Shown here piece by piece: positions 11,858-21,635 of a DNA stretch of 64,000 nucleotides. How positions within the stretch are numbered: position 1 is the stretch's first letter; each line of letters starts with the position of its first letter. The position numbers and the translations under genes are program-made. Source of the DNA: a virus (taxonomy: Duplodnaviria; Heunggongvirae; Uroviricota; Caudoviricetes); the IMG/VR virus record IMGVR_UViG_3300047470_000520. The stretch is one strand, 5' to 3'. The notes beneath the pieces are model-generated. The model worked only from the letters and a program-made list of their open reading frames with translations. It did not search any database and was not told where the DNA came from.

Positions 11858-12769
11858 ATGAGAACAAAGCATGACGTGCTGGCCGAGATGCGCACCGGAA
11901 GGGATATCCTCCTGAACTTCGACCGTATTCCAGAGCGCCTTCTGGACACTGAGGTCGTGATGGAGTGGATGACCATGCGCAATCTGCGGATGAGCCTCCG
12001 TGTTGATCTTTCCCTGCGCGACATCCCTCGCCGGCTGATCAATGATGCCTTGCTGATAAAGGCTATTGAGTTGGATTACGACGCTCTAAAATGCATCAGC
12101 CCGAATATGGCCGAAGACTACCCGGCCTTGGTGCTCCTTGCCGTCAATCGGTCAGCGTATGCCTACTCGTACATCAATCCAATGTATCAAACCGAGGCGA
12201 TGCTGGATGAAATCATTCTGCATGCGAACACGTACCTGAATATCAATGCCACTGACAAGCACTTGGCATGGATCCGGGCATTGATGACCCAGGAGCGCAT
12301 TGACCGGGTGTCGGAAACCAATTTCATGTTCGCCTCACGCGTGGGTCTGGAAAAAATGGAGTGGGGCGCCCTCAAAACCCTCCTTAAGAAAAGCTTCAAG
12401 TTTTACCCGTACCTCGATGGTCAGGATAAATTGCACTACCTGACAAAACTGATGGCCGAAGGGGAGTGGCCTGAGTTTGATCCAGATGATGACTGCTCGC
12501 CTGTGAGGTCTAAGACCCTTGAGGACGGGGTGTTACGCATGATGATTGGCGCTCTCCCTACTCTACCGAACGCTAACCGGACAGAAGGCTTCTACCTGTA
12601 CAAAGCCTACGTCATGACCCACCCCATCAAGGATGTCGTGGCGGCCATGCAGACGCCTGCCGGGCAGAAAGTGCTAATGGAAATGTACAGCACGGACGAG
12701 CTGCGTCCTTATGCGCACCTCAACAGGAACCTGCGTGGCGCCCTCTTGGAAGACGAGATGGGTTTGTAG
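11858..12769 (+). CDS. LGL-tail family 1 protein (subfamily C, 303 aa)
   Basis: Motifs THPIKDVVAAMQTPAGQKVLMEMYSTDELRPY. Tail RGALLEDEMGL. Confidence 0.85.
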   Translation: MRTKHDVLAEMRTGRDILLNFDRIPERLLDTEVVMEWMTMRNLRMSLRVDLSLRDIPRRLINDALLIKAIELDYDALKCISPNMAEDYPALVLLAVNRSAYAYSYINPMYQTEAMLDEIILHANTYLNINATDKHLAWIRALMTQERIDRVSETNFMFASRVGLEKMEWGALKTLLKKSFKFYPYLDGQDKLHYLTKLMAEGEWPEFDPDDDCSPVRSKTLEDGVLRMMIGALPTLPNANRTEGFYLYKAYVMTHPIKDVVAAMQTPAGQKVLMEMYSTDELRPYAHLNRNLRGALLEDEMGL

Positions 12770-12828
12770 GCAAAAAACAGGCTTTAAAAGCGCTTTGAAG
12801 CGGGGGGGCCGTCCCTGGCCACTGAACC

Positions 12829-13482
12829 TTAAACCAAGACAATTTCGCTTTCGTAGTGCACCAGCTCGTGGAAGCGTTTGGCCTTGGTTGGGCCGATTCC
12901 ATTGATCTGGGTAATCATTTCCGGTGTGGCGTTAACGACTCTGGCAATCGATCCAAAGTGCTCAAACAGTTTTTTGGAGTTTTCCGGGCCGATGCCTGGG
13001 AAGCTGCCAATCACGTACTGAGCAGAATCTGCATTGGCTTTGGGTTTTTTCGGGTGCAGGTTGATCTCATAACCCAACCCCTCCTGCAGATGGCGGGCCA
13101 TGTGCGCCAGCATGAGCAGACTTTCATTCTTGTTGGCCACGAAGATCACTTGCACATTAGCTATGGCCATCAGCCAAGACAAGGCGCCCCGGATGGATTC
13201 CTTGGTCATTTTGGAGCGAGTTTTGTAGACGTCCCCCTCAATCAAGACCATGGGACGAACGTAGTCCATCTTCATTTTTGGGACTTGGTTGAAGAGTCTG
13301 CCGTCTATGATTGAATTGACAAAGTCCTGAGCTTCCTTTCGCTCAACCACCACCTCCTGGCTCAGGACGTAGTCGCCACATGGCAGCTCGCCAACGAGGA
13401 CTTCGACGTTTTCCATGGCCTGGAGCGCTTTAATCATGCCTGATGTAGTTTCGCGACTGTCTGCAAAGATTTTGACCATCAT
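12829..13482 (-). CDS. ERCC4/XPF-family nuclease with C-terminal (HhH)2
   Basis: ERCC4 signature GDY...VVVERKEAQDFVNSIIDGRLFNQ, read as the GDx(n)ERKx3D motif. Two helix-hairpin-helix GIGP motifs sit near the C-terminus. It is the only opposite-strand gene inside the family-1 array. Confidence 0.75.
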   Translation of the reverse strand: MMVKIFADSRETTSGMIKALQAMENVEVLVGELPCGDYVLSQEVVVERKEAQDFVNSIIDGRLFNQVPKMKMDYVRPMVLIEGDVYKTRSKMTKESIRGALSWLMAIANVQVIFVANKNESLLMLAHMARHLQEGLGYEINLHPKKPKANADSAQYVIGSFPGIGPENSKKLFEHFGSIARVVNATPEMITQINGIGPTKAKRFHELVHYESEIVLV

Positions 13483-13564
13483 GGTCTCCTCAGTAGGGAT
13501 ATGGCAAGTGTGGAGGGGGTTTGTCGGCTGGTCAATTCACGGGCCATGAGAAAGTTTGGATGGC

Positions 13565-13594
13565 TGTACTCGCTTCGAACGCATCCGCCATAAT
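13565..13594 (+). promoter_or_regulatory. Conserved promoter-like element TGTACT-N18-CATAAT (copy 2 of 3)
   Basis: The core GCATCCGCCATAAT and the upstream TGTACT are shared with 14550-14579 and, with variation, 7250-7279. It lies directly upstream of gene 13655. Confidence 0.45.
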
Positions 13595-13654
13595 GGAGGT
13601 TCAGCAATGCTGATTCTTGAGCGGGATACGGGCTTTGAACTTGATGGAGAAAAA

Positions 13655-14527
13655 ATGACAAGTAATGAGTTCATCAACGAGCTCTACAGGAGCCCAGAGG
13701 ACTATGAGTCCTTCCACTCCATTCCAGTAGAGCATCGAAGCCAAGAGACCGTAGTCACTTGGATGAAGATGCAGCATATAAAGCTCGACATAAGCTCAAT
13801 TGATACACTCAGACAGGTTCCAGCTGATCTGAAAACTGAGCAAGTGCTTCTGATGGCAGTGAAAATTGACCCAGAGGCTATTGGGATCATTAAACCATCT
13901 GAGTCTGACGATTACCTTGCGCTTGTGCTGGATGCCGTTAACAGAGCTTCGGCGGCCTTCCTATTGATGGATGACAGCTACAAAACAGAAGAAGTCCTGG
14001 ACGCATTCATCGCTGACAAGGTTTTTTTTGATCTTGATTTCGACCATATAAACTGGGTTCTACCCCTACTCAATCAAGAACGTATCGACAAAATATCGGC
14101 CTACTCCTTCTGGTTTGCCACGACCATAGGACTGGAGAAAGTTTCTTGGCCTGTGGTCAGAGAGTGGCTCAAGAAAGACATTGATCAATATTCGCGTCTC
14201 GATGCCTCGGGTCAGCTTTGCTACCTCTCGAAGATGCTCAAAGAAAATGAGTGGCCGAAAAGCGAAGGGAAGCTGTCCTACCGTCCACTAAAGAATCTGG
14301 CCGATGGCGTCACGCGCTTCATGCGGTCACCCGCTGAGTCCGATTTTCACTACCTGTACAAGGCCTATGTCCTGACCTTTCCCGTGGAAGAGGTTATCGC
14401 GGCGATGAAGACGCCGACACGTCGCAAGATGCTCATGGAACTTTACCCCATGGATGTGTTGCTCCAGCACTCACAGGGCGACCGCGATCTGCGTGGCAGG
14501 ATTCTGGAGCAAGAGATGGGTCTTTAA
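13655..14527 (+). CDS. LGL-tail family 1 protein (subfamily C)
   Basis: Start chosen at MTSNEF... (GGAGA RBS) because it aligns with the paralog N-termini. An alternative ATG at 13607 has a GGAGG RBS. Tail RGRILEQEMGL. Confidence 0.8.
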   Translation: MTSNEFINELYRSPEDYESFHSIPVEHRSQETVVTWMKMQHIKLDISSIDTLRQVPADLKTEQVLLMAVKIDPEAIGIIKPSESDDYLALVLDAVNRASAAFLLMDDSYKTEEVLDAFIADKVFFDLDFDHINWVLPLLNQERIDKISAYSFWFATTIGLEKVSWPVVREWLKKDIDQYSRLDASGQLCYLSKMLKENEWPKSEGKLSYRPLKNLADGVTRFMRSPAESDFHYLYKAYVLTFPVEEVIAAMKTPTRRKMLMELYPMDVLLQHSQGDRDLRGRILEQEMGL

Positions 14528-14549
14528 TCTCCCAGTCGACAACACATGG

Positions 14550-14579
14550 TGTACTCGTCGCCAGCGCATCCGCCATAAT
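14550..14579 (+). promoter_or_regulatory. Conserved promoter-like element TGTACT-N18-CATAAT (copy 3 of 3)
   Basis: Same motif as 13565-13594, located about 60 nt upstream of gene 14641. Confidence 0.45.
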
Positions 14580-14640
14580 TGATCGAATGACACGCGGTTA
14601 AGGCATAACAGCCCTTGCTGGCGAACGGGAGCGTTAAGTG

Positions 14641-15519
14641 ATGAAGGCAGCGCAAAGGCGGTTCTACCATGAACTGGAAACGTTGACTGAGGGGTTTAGG
14701 GACTTCGGTGCGATTCCGCAAGAGTTCGTGAACACTGAAAACGCCATGCTCTGGATGACGACGCTTTCTAGGAAGTTGCGCATCAGTCCCTCCTTATCAT
14801 TAAGGCAAATTCCCAACGAGCTCATCACTCATGATCTGTTGATCAAGGCTGTTGATCTGAGCGTTTCAGCGCTGGGGTCTATCGATCCTGAGCAAGTCGA
14901 CGACTATCCAGCCATTGTTCTGCGGGCCGCGAACAACCTCAGTATGGCTTTTCACTACATCCACGAAAGCTACAGAACAGAAGCGATGCTCGACGCGCTC
15001 ATCGAAAATCAGGTGACGTTCGATCTTGAAGAGCCATGGATGGACTGGGTAAAGGCCCTGTTGACGCCGCAGCAGATGGATAAGATCGCGGCGAATGACT
15101 TCTGGTTCGCCATGAGTGTCGGCTTTGAGAGGCTGTCCTGGGACGTTGTGAAGGGCTTGCTGAAAACACACACCGCTCAGTACCAGCATGTGGCATCGCA
15201 AGGCCTTCTGCCTTACCTGACAAGGATGGTGACTGAAAATGAGTGGCCAGAGTCCCGCAAGAAATTCCAGTATCAGCCGCTGAAGAGCCTGGCTGACGGC
15301 GTGACACGAATGATGAGAGTGGGTCAAATGACCCCTCATTACCATCTGTTTAAGGCCTACGTCCTGTCATTCCCGGTCGAGGAGGTCATCGCGGCGATGA
15401 AGGCGCCGGCCCGTCAAAAGGTGCTTCTCGAAATGTACCCTGTCGAGGTGTTGCTCAAACATTCTCGTGATGACAAGGCCCTGCGCGGCAAGCTTCTTGA
15501 ACTGGAGATGGGGCTCTGA
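14641..15519 (+). CDS. LGL-tail family 1 protein (subfamily C)
   Basis: ATG at 14641, with an in-frame GTG at 14638. Tail RGKLLELEMGL. Confidence 0.85.
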   Translation: MKAAQRRFYHELETLTEGFRDFGAIPQEFVNTENAMLWMTTLSRKLRISPSLSLRQIPNELITHDLLIKAVDLSVSALGSIDPEQVDDYPAIVLRAANNLSMAFHYIHESYRTEAMLDALIENQVTFDLEEPWMDWVKALLTPQQMDKIAANDFWFAMSVGFERLSWDVVKGLLKTHTAQYQHVASQGLLPYLTRMVTENEWPESRKKFQYQPLKSLADGVTRMMRVGQMTPHYHLFKAYVLSFPVEEVIAAMKAPARQKVLLEMYPVEVLLKHSRDDKALRGKLLELEMGL

Positions 15520-16394
15520 TGAACCACGAATTTTATGACATTCACGACGTGAACGTGGCCATCAGCAACAAGCTGGTTCATAGCTTTGCGGAGATTCCAA
15601 AGCACCTTCAAAATGGTGATGTGGCCGAGGATTGGTTTGTTTCCATGATCACGCTCAAAAAGAAGTCGCTGGAAGCCTGCATGGGTGAGGTGCCGACTGA
15701 ATTATGGACTTCAAAACTCCTGATGACGGTTACCCGTTCTGGGTGCAACATCCTCCGTTTTATTGACCCAGGACAGAACCCTTTCCTTCAGGAGTTAGGG
15801 TTCACGTCCGTCAGAATTAACTACAAAAATCTTGTCTCCCTCGATCCGAAATACAGGCCTGAATTTGCCGAGCATCTAGGCCAGAACAATGTTCGAGAAA
15901 TCGATGTGATTGCTAGAGATTTTCCATGGGTCAGGGATCATATGCCAGCTAGTGTCGTTGGCTTTTGCTGCCTTAATATTGATTTTTCCATGGGTTACAA
16001 GGTGCTTCCTGATGGTGTTGGAAAGGACATCATGACCAATGGCGATGGCTTTGAAAAAATCCGGGCCCATGGCCGGCTAGACGTTTTGGCAGAACAGATT
16101 GCGGCAGGTGAATGGCCGAAAGAACTCTCGGTCTTCGGCTACCCAGGGCAAAGACCTAAATCCCTTGAGGATGGTATTTACTGCGTGTCAGAGACGTCGG
16201 CAACCAAGGATCGGCAAGCGCTGTACATGGCCTATGTCATGACTTATCCAATGGATGAAGTGGTTCCTCTGATGTGCGAACGCAAGCTGCACAAGCTGGT
16301 GCTGGAGATGTATCCCAAGGAAGCGCTGACTCCCTATATGAAGAAATACAGGGATCTGCGCGGTGTCGCGCTTGAGGAGGAGCTGGGCTTGTGA
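15519..16394 (+). CDS. LGL-tail family 1 protein (subfamily D, 291 aa)
   Basis: TGATG overlap. Motifs MTYPMDEVVPLMCERKLHKLVLEMYPKEAL. Tail RGVALEEELGL. Confidence 0.85.
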   Translation: MNHEFYDIHDVNVAISNKLVHSFAEIPKHLQNGDVAEDWFVSMITLKKKSLEACMGEVPTELWTSKLLMTVTRSGCNILRFIDPGQNPFLQELGFTSVRINYKNLVSLDPKYRPEFAEHLGQNNVREIDVIARDFPWVRDHMPASVVGFCCLNIDFSMGYKVLPDGVGKDIMTNGDGFEKIRAHGRLDVLAEQIAAGEWPKELSVFGYPGQRPKSLEDGIYCVSETSATKDRQALYMAYVMTYPMDEVVPLMCERKLHKLVLEMYPKEALTPYMKKYRDLRGVALEEELGL

Positions 16395-17272
16395 TGCACG
16401 AAGAGTTTAATGATGTTGATGACGTCTACGCCGCCATCAGCAAGCGACTGTTTTCCAATTTTGATGAAATTCCACAGCGCTTTCAGAGTGGCTGGGTGGC
16501 TTTGGAGTGGTTTAAGTCCATGGCGACATCGTCGCCGAACCAGTCTCTTGAGCAATTGTTTTGCCAAGTGCCTTCTGAGTTTTGGTCAATGGAGTTCCTG
16601 CTGGCTGCGTCAGATGCGGGGTGCAACATACTCGGCCATATTGACATGGGCAAAGACAACAACCATGCAAGTGCTGGTCTGCGCTGTATGAGGAAAAATT
16701 ACAAACACCTCTCAGCTCTTGACCCTAAATACAGGGGCTTAGCCGCTGAGCACATGGCCTGGAACAGCACCCATAACGTGCATCTGATTGCCCGCGAGTT
16801 CCCGTGGTTCAGAGACCATTTGCAAAGCAGCGAACTCGAAAGGTGCTGCATCAACATTGATTTTGTCTTGGACAGTGTCGATCTGCCCGTCGATATCCGC
16901 AGAAAAATTCTACTAAATGGGGATGGTCTTGACACAATCCGGGCCTGTGGCCGGCTAGACGTGCTGGCCGATCAAATTGCAATTGGTTGGTGGCCTAAGA
17001 GGATTTCAGGTTTTGAATTATCCACCCCGATCCCAACTTCCCTTGAGGACGCCGTGAGCTGGATCCCCCTGTGTCAGCCTGACAAGGTTGTTGAGAGTCT
17101 TTACATGAGTTACCTCATGAACCAGCCGATTGATCAGGTGATTCCGTTGATGTGCGAGCGCAAGATGGCGAAGCTGGTTCTGGAGATGTACTCGGAGGAA
17201 GCGCTGGCGCCATACTTGAAAAAATACAGGGCGCTGCGTGGCGTCGTGCTTGAGGATGCGATGGGGCTATGA
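16391..17272 (+). CDS. LGL-tail family 1 protein (subfamily D)
   Basis: Start overlaps the upstream stop. Tail RGVVLEDAMGL. Confidence 0.85.
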   Translation: MMHEEFNDVDDVYAAISKRLFSNFDEIPQRFQSGWVALEWFKSMATSSPNQSLEQLFCQVPSEFWSMEFLLAASDAGCNILGHIDMGKDNNHASAGLRCMRKNYKHLSALDPKYRGLAAEHMAWNSTHNVHLIAREFPWFRDHLQSSELERCCINIDFVLDSVDLPVDIRRKILLNGDGLDTIRACGRLDVLADQIAIGWWPKRISGFELSTPIPTSLEDAVSWIPLCQPDKVVESLYMSYLMNQPIDQVIPLMCERKMAKLVLEMYSEEALAPYLKKYRALRGVVLEDAMGL

Positions 17273-18117
17273 GCGAATTTTACGGTTTCGACGTGCGATT
17301 TGGCGAGCTGCCTCGGGAGTTTCAGAATTTAGAGATGGCTCACGAGTGGTTTCTGCACAAAATAAAGGCCGGCACCGAGCCTTTGGAAGAGTGCTACTAC
17401 CAGATTCCCATATCATTGCGGTTTCCTAATCTTGTGCCCTTGATCGCCAGGGATGCTGACATCACTATCCTCGAAGGCTTTGATACACGGTTGCCAGGCT
17501 ACCGCGAGCTCGCAGAAGCGTTTGTACGCAAAAACTATAAGCATGCGGATATGATCGATCCGGATGCCAGGCGAGAAATGATGCCGATGTTTTGCGCCGA
17601 AAATATTACGAAAATTCACTCGATTGCCAAGGAATTTGAGTGGTTCATGGAGGCGTTGTCCCCGGAATGCTTTAAAACATGCGCCAAGAACATCGAGTTT
17701 TTACTGGACACTCCTGAGGAGCAAATTCCAGAGAACATTCGTCGATACGCAATGATTGAGAACTACTGCGTGATTACAGCCCTGACCTTAAGGGCTCGCG
17801 CAAGGGTGGGTCTTTTGGCTGATCAGATCAGCGCAGGTGGCTGGCCAAATAATCAATACGTCAAATATACCAGGCAGCCGACCTCACTGTCGGATGGCGT
17901 CGAGCGACTGTCAGCCTCTGTGCCCGGTAAAGAACACGAGACGCTGTACATGGCGTACCTCATGACACAGCCGATGGATCAGGTTGTCCCGCTGATGACC
18001 AATCGAAGGTTGCAGAAGCTGCTTTTCGAGATGTACTCCACCGAGTCGCTTCAGCCATACTTGAAGAAAAGCCGGGCGCTACGTGGTAGCTTTCTTGAGG
18101 ACTCAATTGGCCTATGA
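17269..18117 (+). CDS. LGL-tail family 1 protein (subfamily D)
   Basis: ATGA overlap. Tail RGSFLEDSIGL. Confidence 0.85.
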   Translation: MSEFYGFDVRFGELPREFQNLEMAHEWFLHKIKAGTEPLEECYYQIPISLRFPNLVPLIARDADITILEGFDTRLPGYRELAEAFVRKNYKHADMIDPDARREMMPMFCAENITKIHSIAKEFEWFMEALSPECFKTCAKNIEFLLDTPEEQIPENIRRYAMIENYCVITALTLRARARVGLLADQISAGGWPNNQYVKYTRQPTSLSDGVERLSASVPGKEHETLYMAYLMTQPMDQVVPLMTNRRLQKLLFEMYSTESLQPYLKKSRALRGSFLEDSIGL

Positions 18118-18983
18118 CCACCTCACTTAATCGAGATACGGACGGCTTCGGCAGTCTGAAGATCCTCCGTTTTTCGGAATTTCCCGAAGAGTTGATGACT
18201 CCAGAAAACGCCAAAAAATGGTTTCTTCACAAGACCTACAGAGCCAATGAGTCACTGAGCGCTTGTTACCAGGAAATTCCGCTAGGCTTGCGCAGCTTTG
18301 AAGTGATGCTCTGCGCTGCTAAAGAGGGTGGCGTCAATGTCCTTCAAGGATTGAGTGCGCACCAAACGCCGGGCTACTCCATCATTGCAGAGGCCGTTAC
18401 GCGCAGGAACTACAAGACCATTACCTCGGTAGATCCCGATGCACTGTGGCAAATCCTGCCGGATTACTGCTGGACTCACATGGATACGATTGACAAAATC
18501 GCCAAGGAGCTTGACTGGTTTCGAGGCGCACTGAGTCCAGTGATCTTTGAGAAGTGCTGTCTGAATATCGACTTTGCTTTAGACACTTCCTTTGAGCAGC
18601 TACCTAAAGACTACCTTACAAACCTGATGACAAAGCAATGCAGCTCTTTCCTGGTGTTTCGCAGGCGTGGCATGCTCGATGTCATGGCGGATCGCATCAC
18701 TATCGGCGATTGGCCAACAAATTACGCGTATAAAGCCTTCAAGCCGTCAACGCTTGAGGAAGGCGTTGAGAAGCTGAAAGCGACCTCGCCTAATAGCGAA
18801 CATGAGGCGTTGTACATGGCCTATGCCATGACCTACCCAATTGAACAGGTCGTGCCTGTGATGCGCGGTAGCCGGCTTAGGGCGCTGATGGTAGAGATGT
18901 ACTCATTCGATTCGCTAAAGCCGTTCATGAGGGCTGACAGGGAGCTTAGGGGCGCCATGCTTGAGGACGGACTGGGGTTATGA
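18114..18983 (+). CDS. LGL-tail family 1 protein (subfamily D)
   Basis: ATGA overlap. Tail RGAMLEDGLGL. Confidence 0.85.
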   Translation: MTTSLNRDTDGFGSLKILRFSEFPEELMTPENAKKWFLHKTYRANESLSACYQEIPLGLRSFEVMLCAAKEGGVNVLQGLSAHQTPGYSIIAEAVTRRNYKTITSVDPDALWQILPDYCWTHMDTIDKIAKELDWFRGALSPVIFEKCCLNIDFALDTSFEQLPKDYLTNLMTKQCSSFLVFRRRGMLDVMADRITIGDWPTNYAYKAFKPSTLEEGVEKLKATSPNSEHEALYMAYAMTYPIEQVVPVMRGSRLRALMVEMYSFDSLKPFMRADRELRGAMLEDGLGL

Positions 18984-19861
18984 ATAAGGAAATACTGCTG
19001 AGATCACTGGAGTCGAAAGAGAACGTCGCGCTGTTCTCCTCCATCAAAGTCATACCCGAGAGCCTTCTCGATTCAGAGGTGGCGCTCAAGTGGCTCGAAA
19101 CGAGCGTGAGTCTGCGCAGACAGGGCTCTGACTGGGCCATTCAAGAGATTCCAAGGCACTTGGTCAACGACGACATCCGTCGAAGTGCGGTGAAGCTTGG
19201 CGTACGGGCGTTGATGTTCATAAATCCGGACGACACCGACATTTACATGGAACTGGTGTTGATGGCGACAGCCATCTCCAACTTTGGCTACATCATGATC
19301 GATGACCGGCTAAAAACCCGTGAGACCGTCGAAGCCATCATTAATCACGATCCTCAGCACATGTCGCTGGAATGGAATGGGCAGGCTTGGATCAAACCGC
19401 TGCTCACCCAGGCTGACATTGATCGAGTGAGCGCCATCAGCTACAACTTCATGATGAGTGTGGGCGTCGACAACGTGGCCTGGTCGTCGGTGAAAAAAGT
19501 GCTCATCGACAACCCGGATCGCTACCCAGATCTGATGCAGCGTGGCGGCGGCGATCTGCTCGTCAAGGTGGTGCAAGAGGGCGGCTGGCCAGCCAAGATT
19601 GATGGCCAAAATGTCTACCGGCCAAAAGGTATTTTTGAGCTGGCATCACTTATTTCAAAGACCCAAGAGCACGAGGTTAAATTTCCCCTGTATTGCGCTT
19701 GCCTGAAGACGTTCCCAATCAACAAGGTGCTCAAGGTGATGTACACAGAGCAGCAGCGAAAAATTCTCTTGAGCCTCTACCCACAAGACGTCCTGGTCGA
19801 ACACGCGAAAACCAACAGACCTCTCAGAGGGCTGCTGCTTGAGGACGCCCTGGGTCTATGA
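18980..19861 (+). CDS. LGL-tail family 1 protein (subfamily E)
   Basis: ATGA overlap. Motifs LKTFPINKVLKVMYTEQQRKILLSLYPQDVL. Tail RGLLLEDALGL. Confidence 0.85.
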   Translation: MNKEILLRSLESKENVALFSSIKVIPESLLDSEVALKWLETSVSLRRQGSDWAIQEIPRHLVNDDIRRSAVKLGVRALMFINPDDTDIYMELVLMATAISNFGYIMIDDRLKTRETVEAIINHDPQHMSLEWNGQAWIKPLLTQADIDRVSAISYNFMMSVGVDNVAWSSVKKVLIDNPDRYPDLMQRGGGDLLVKVVQEGGWPAKIDGQNVYRPKGIFELASLISKTQEHEVKFPLYCACLKTFPINKVLKVMYTEQQRKILLSLYPQDVLVEHAKTNRPLRGLLLEDALGL

Positions 19862-20760
19862 ACAAGCAGGAGCTTTTAATCGCACTGGACGCCAGAGAAC
19901 ATCGCGAGCTGTACAATAGTTTCGACGCCATGCCTGAGGATCTGCTCGATACGGAGGTCGTGATCAAATGGATGCAGAGCACCTTCTTTCAAAGGCTGAG
20001 GGGAGCCAGTACAGTCCTGGTGGCAGTTCCTAAGCATCTGGTTAACGATGAGGTGCGGCGTGTGGCGGTAAGCCTTGGTGCGGATGCCCTTGAATGTATT
20101 CACCCCGAGGACACCGATATCTACCTTGAATTAGTGTTGAAGGCGACAGCCGACTCTAGTTTTGGGTACAAATTTATTCATGAGAGCTTTAAAACCACCG
20201 AAATTCTCGAATTAATTATCGATAATTGCCATCGTCACCTGGATCTTCTTAGTTGGCCCTATCAGGAGTGGGTGAGGCCGCTCATGACCCAGGACATGAT
20301 TGATCGAGTGGCAGCGACCAATTATCGATTTGCAGTCGGCATTGGCCTCCAGAATATTTCCTGGTCTGCCATGAAAGAGCTGCTCATCAACAGATCGGAT
20401 AGCTACGAGGACGTGGTGAGTCATGGTGGAGCACACCTGCTGGTCAGAATGATCCAGGAGGGTGGGTGGCCGGCACAGATCAACGGGCAGAGAAGCTACA
20501 GGCCAAGAGGGCTCTTTGAGCTGGCAAACCTCATCACCCAATACAAAGACGAAAGTGGCTTGGGTGATCAGTACCTGCTTTATTGCGCCTATCTGAAAAC
20601 CTTCCCGATAAACAGCGTGATTAAGGTGATGAACGCCCCAGAGCGACGAGACATATTGATGAGCCTTTACCCGCATGATGATCTGCTCGCGCATGCAAAA
20701 ACCACAAACAACAGCCGGGCCCTCAGAGGCATGCTGGTTGAGGATGCCCTGGGATTATGA
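19858..20760 (+). CDS. LGL-tail family 1 protein (subfamily E)
   Basis: ATGA overlap. Tail RGMLVEDALGL. Confidence 0.85.
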   Translation: MNKQELLIALDAREHRELYNSFDAMPEDLLDTEVVIKWMQSTFFQRLRGASTVLVAVPKHLVNDEVRRVAVSLGADALECIHPEDTDIYLELVLKATADSSFGYKFIHESFKTTEILELIIDNCHRHLDLLSWPYQEWVRPLMTQDMIDRVAATNYRFAVGIGLQNISWSAMKELLINRSDSYEDVVSHGGAHLLVRMIQEGGWPAQINGQRSYRPRGLFELANLITQYKDESGLGDQYLLYCAYLKTFPINSVIKVMNAPERRDILMSLYPHDDLLAHAKTTNNSRALRGMLVEDALGL

Positions 20761-21635
20761 ACCTACAAGCACAAGAAGATGCGCTGATTGAAAGCTTCAG
20801 CAACGCATACAGGCCTGATTTTGCCGATCTCCCTGAACACCTCAAAACCACCAGAGTGGCTGGGGAATGGTTCAGCTTCATGGGTGATATAGATTACGAC
20901 AGTGAGTCGAAGGCCTGGCGGCAGATCCCTTTGCATTTAGTGACGGACGATCTGCGCTTCACCGCCATTGACCTCGAACCAGAGATTTTCCAATACATTT
21001 CCCCAGACGATACTGATCGCTACCTGGATTTGTTCTTTAAGGCCCACAACAGGACTTTTCTGGCGACACAATACCTGCACCCGAATTTCAGAAACACTGA
21101 AACGGTCGGGGTCATGATGGCGTCTGGCGAATTTGAGCGAAGCTATTGGGATAATCGCTGGATCGCTGAGGTCATGACGGCTGACCAGGTGGAGTCAGCC
21201 TCCAGGATGAGCGCGAAAATCATGGTTAAGTTGCCGGTCGAGCAGATCAGCGCAAAAGCCCTGAGCATTCATTTGACCGACAGCTTTTGGGCTTATGGAT
21301 TAATGCGCACGGAAGGCAAGCTCAGGGTGGCTGCAGATTTCATGAGGTCTGATCGCTGGCCTGAGTCAGCAAATCCCTTTGAGAGCGGTAAAAGAGAGCC
21401 AGAGAGTGTGGCGCAGGCCGTTGATCTGCTCATGGACACCACTGCCCATAATACCCAGGCCGTATACATGGCTCATCTGATGAATCAGCCTTTTGAGGAT
21501 GTCATGGCGTTGATGACCACGCGCCAGCACATCAAACTGGCCATCGAGATGTACACCGAAGCGGAGCTTAGGCCGCTGATGAAAAACAACCGGCTCTTGA
21601 AGGCCGCGCTGCTTGAGGAGTCATTGGGGTTATGA
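20757..21635 (+). CDS. LGL-tail family 1 protein (subfamily F)
   Basis: ATGA overlap. Motifs LMNQPFEDVMALMTTRQHIKLAIEMYTEAELRPLMK. Tail KAALLEESLGL. Confidence 0.85.
   Translation: MNLQAQEDALIESFSNAYRPDFADLPEHLKTTRVAGEWFSFMGDIDYDSESKAWRQIPLHLVTDDLRFTAIDLEPEIFQYISPDDTDRYLDLFFKAHNRTFLATQYLHPNFRNTETVGVMMASGEFERSYWDNRWIAEVMTADQVESASRMSAKIMVKLPVEQISAKALSIHLTDSFWAYGLMRTEGKLRVAADFMRSDRWPESANPFESGKREPESVAQAVDLLMDTTAHNTQAVYMAHLMNQPFEDVMALMTTRQHIKLAIEMYTEAELRPLMKNNRLLKAALLEESLGL

Noticed and set aside
13607-13654. Alternative upstream start (MLILERD…, GGAGG RBS) for gene 13655
   Set aside because: It would place the RBS inside the -10 of the conserved promoter-like element, and the N-terminal extension is not shared by paralogs. 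It remains possible.
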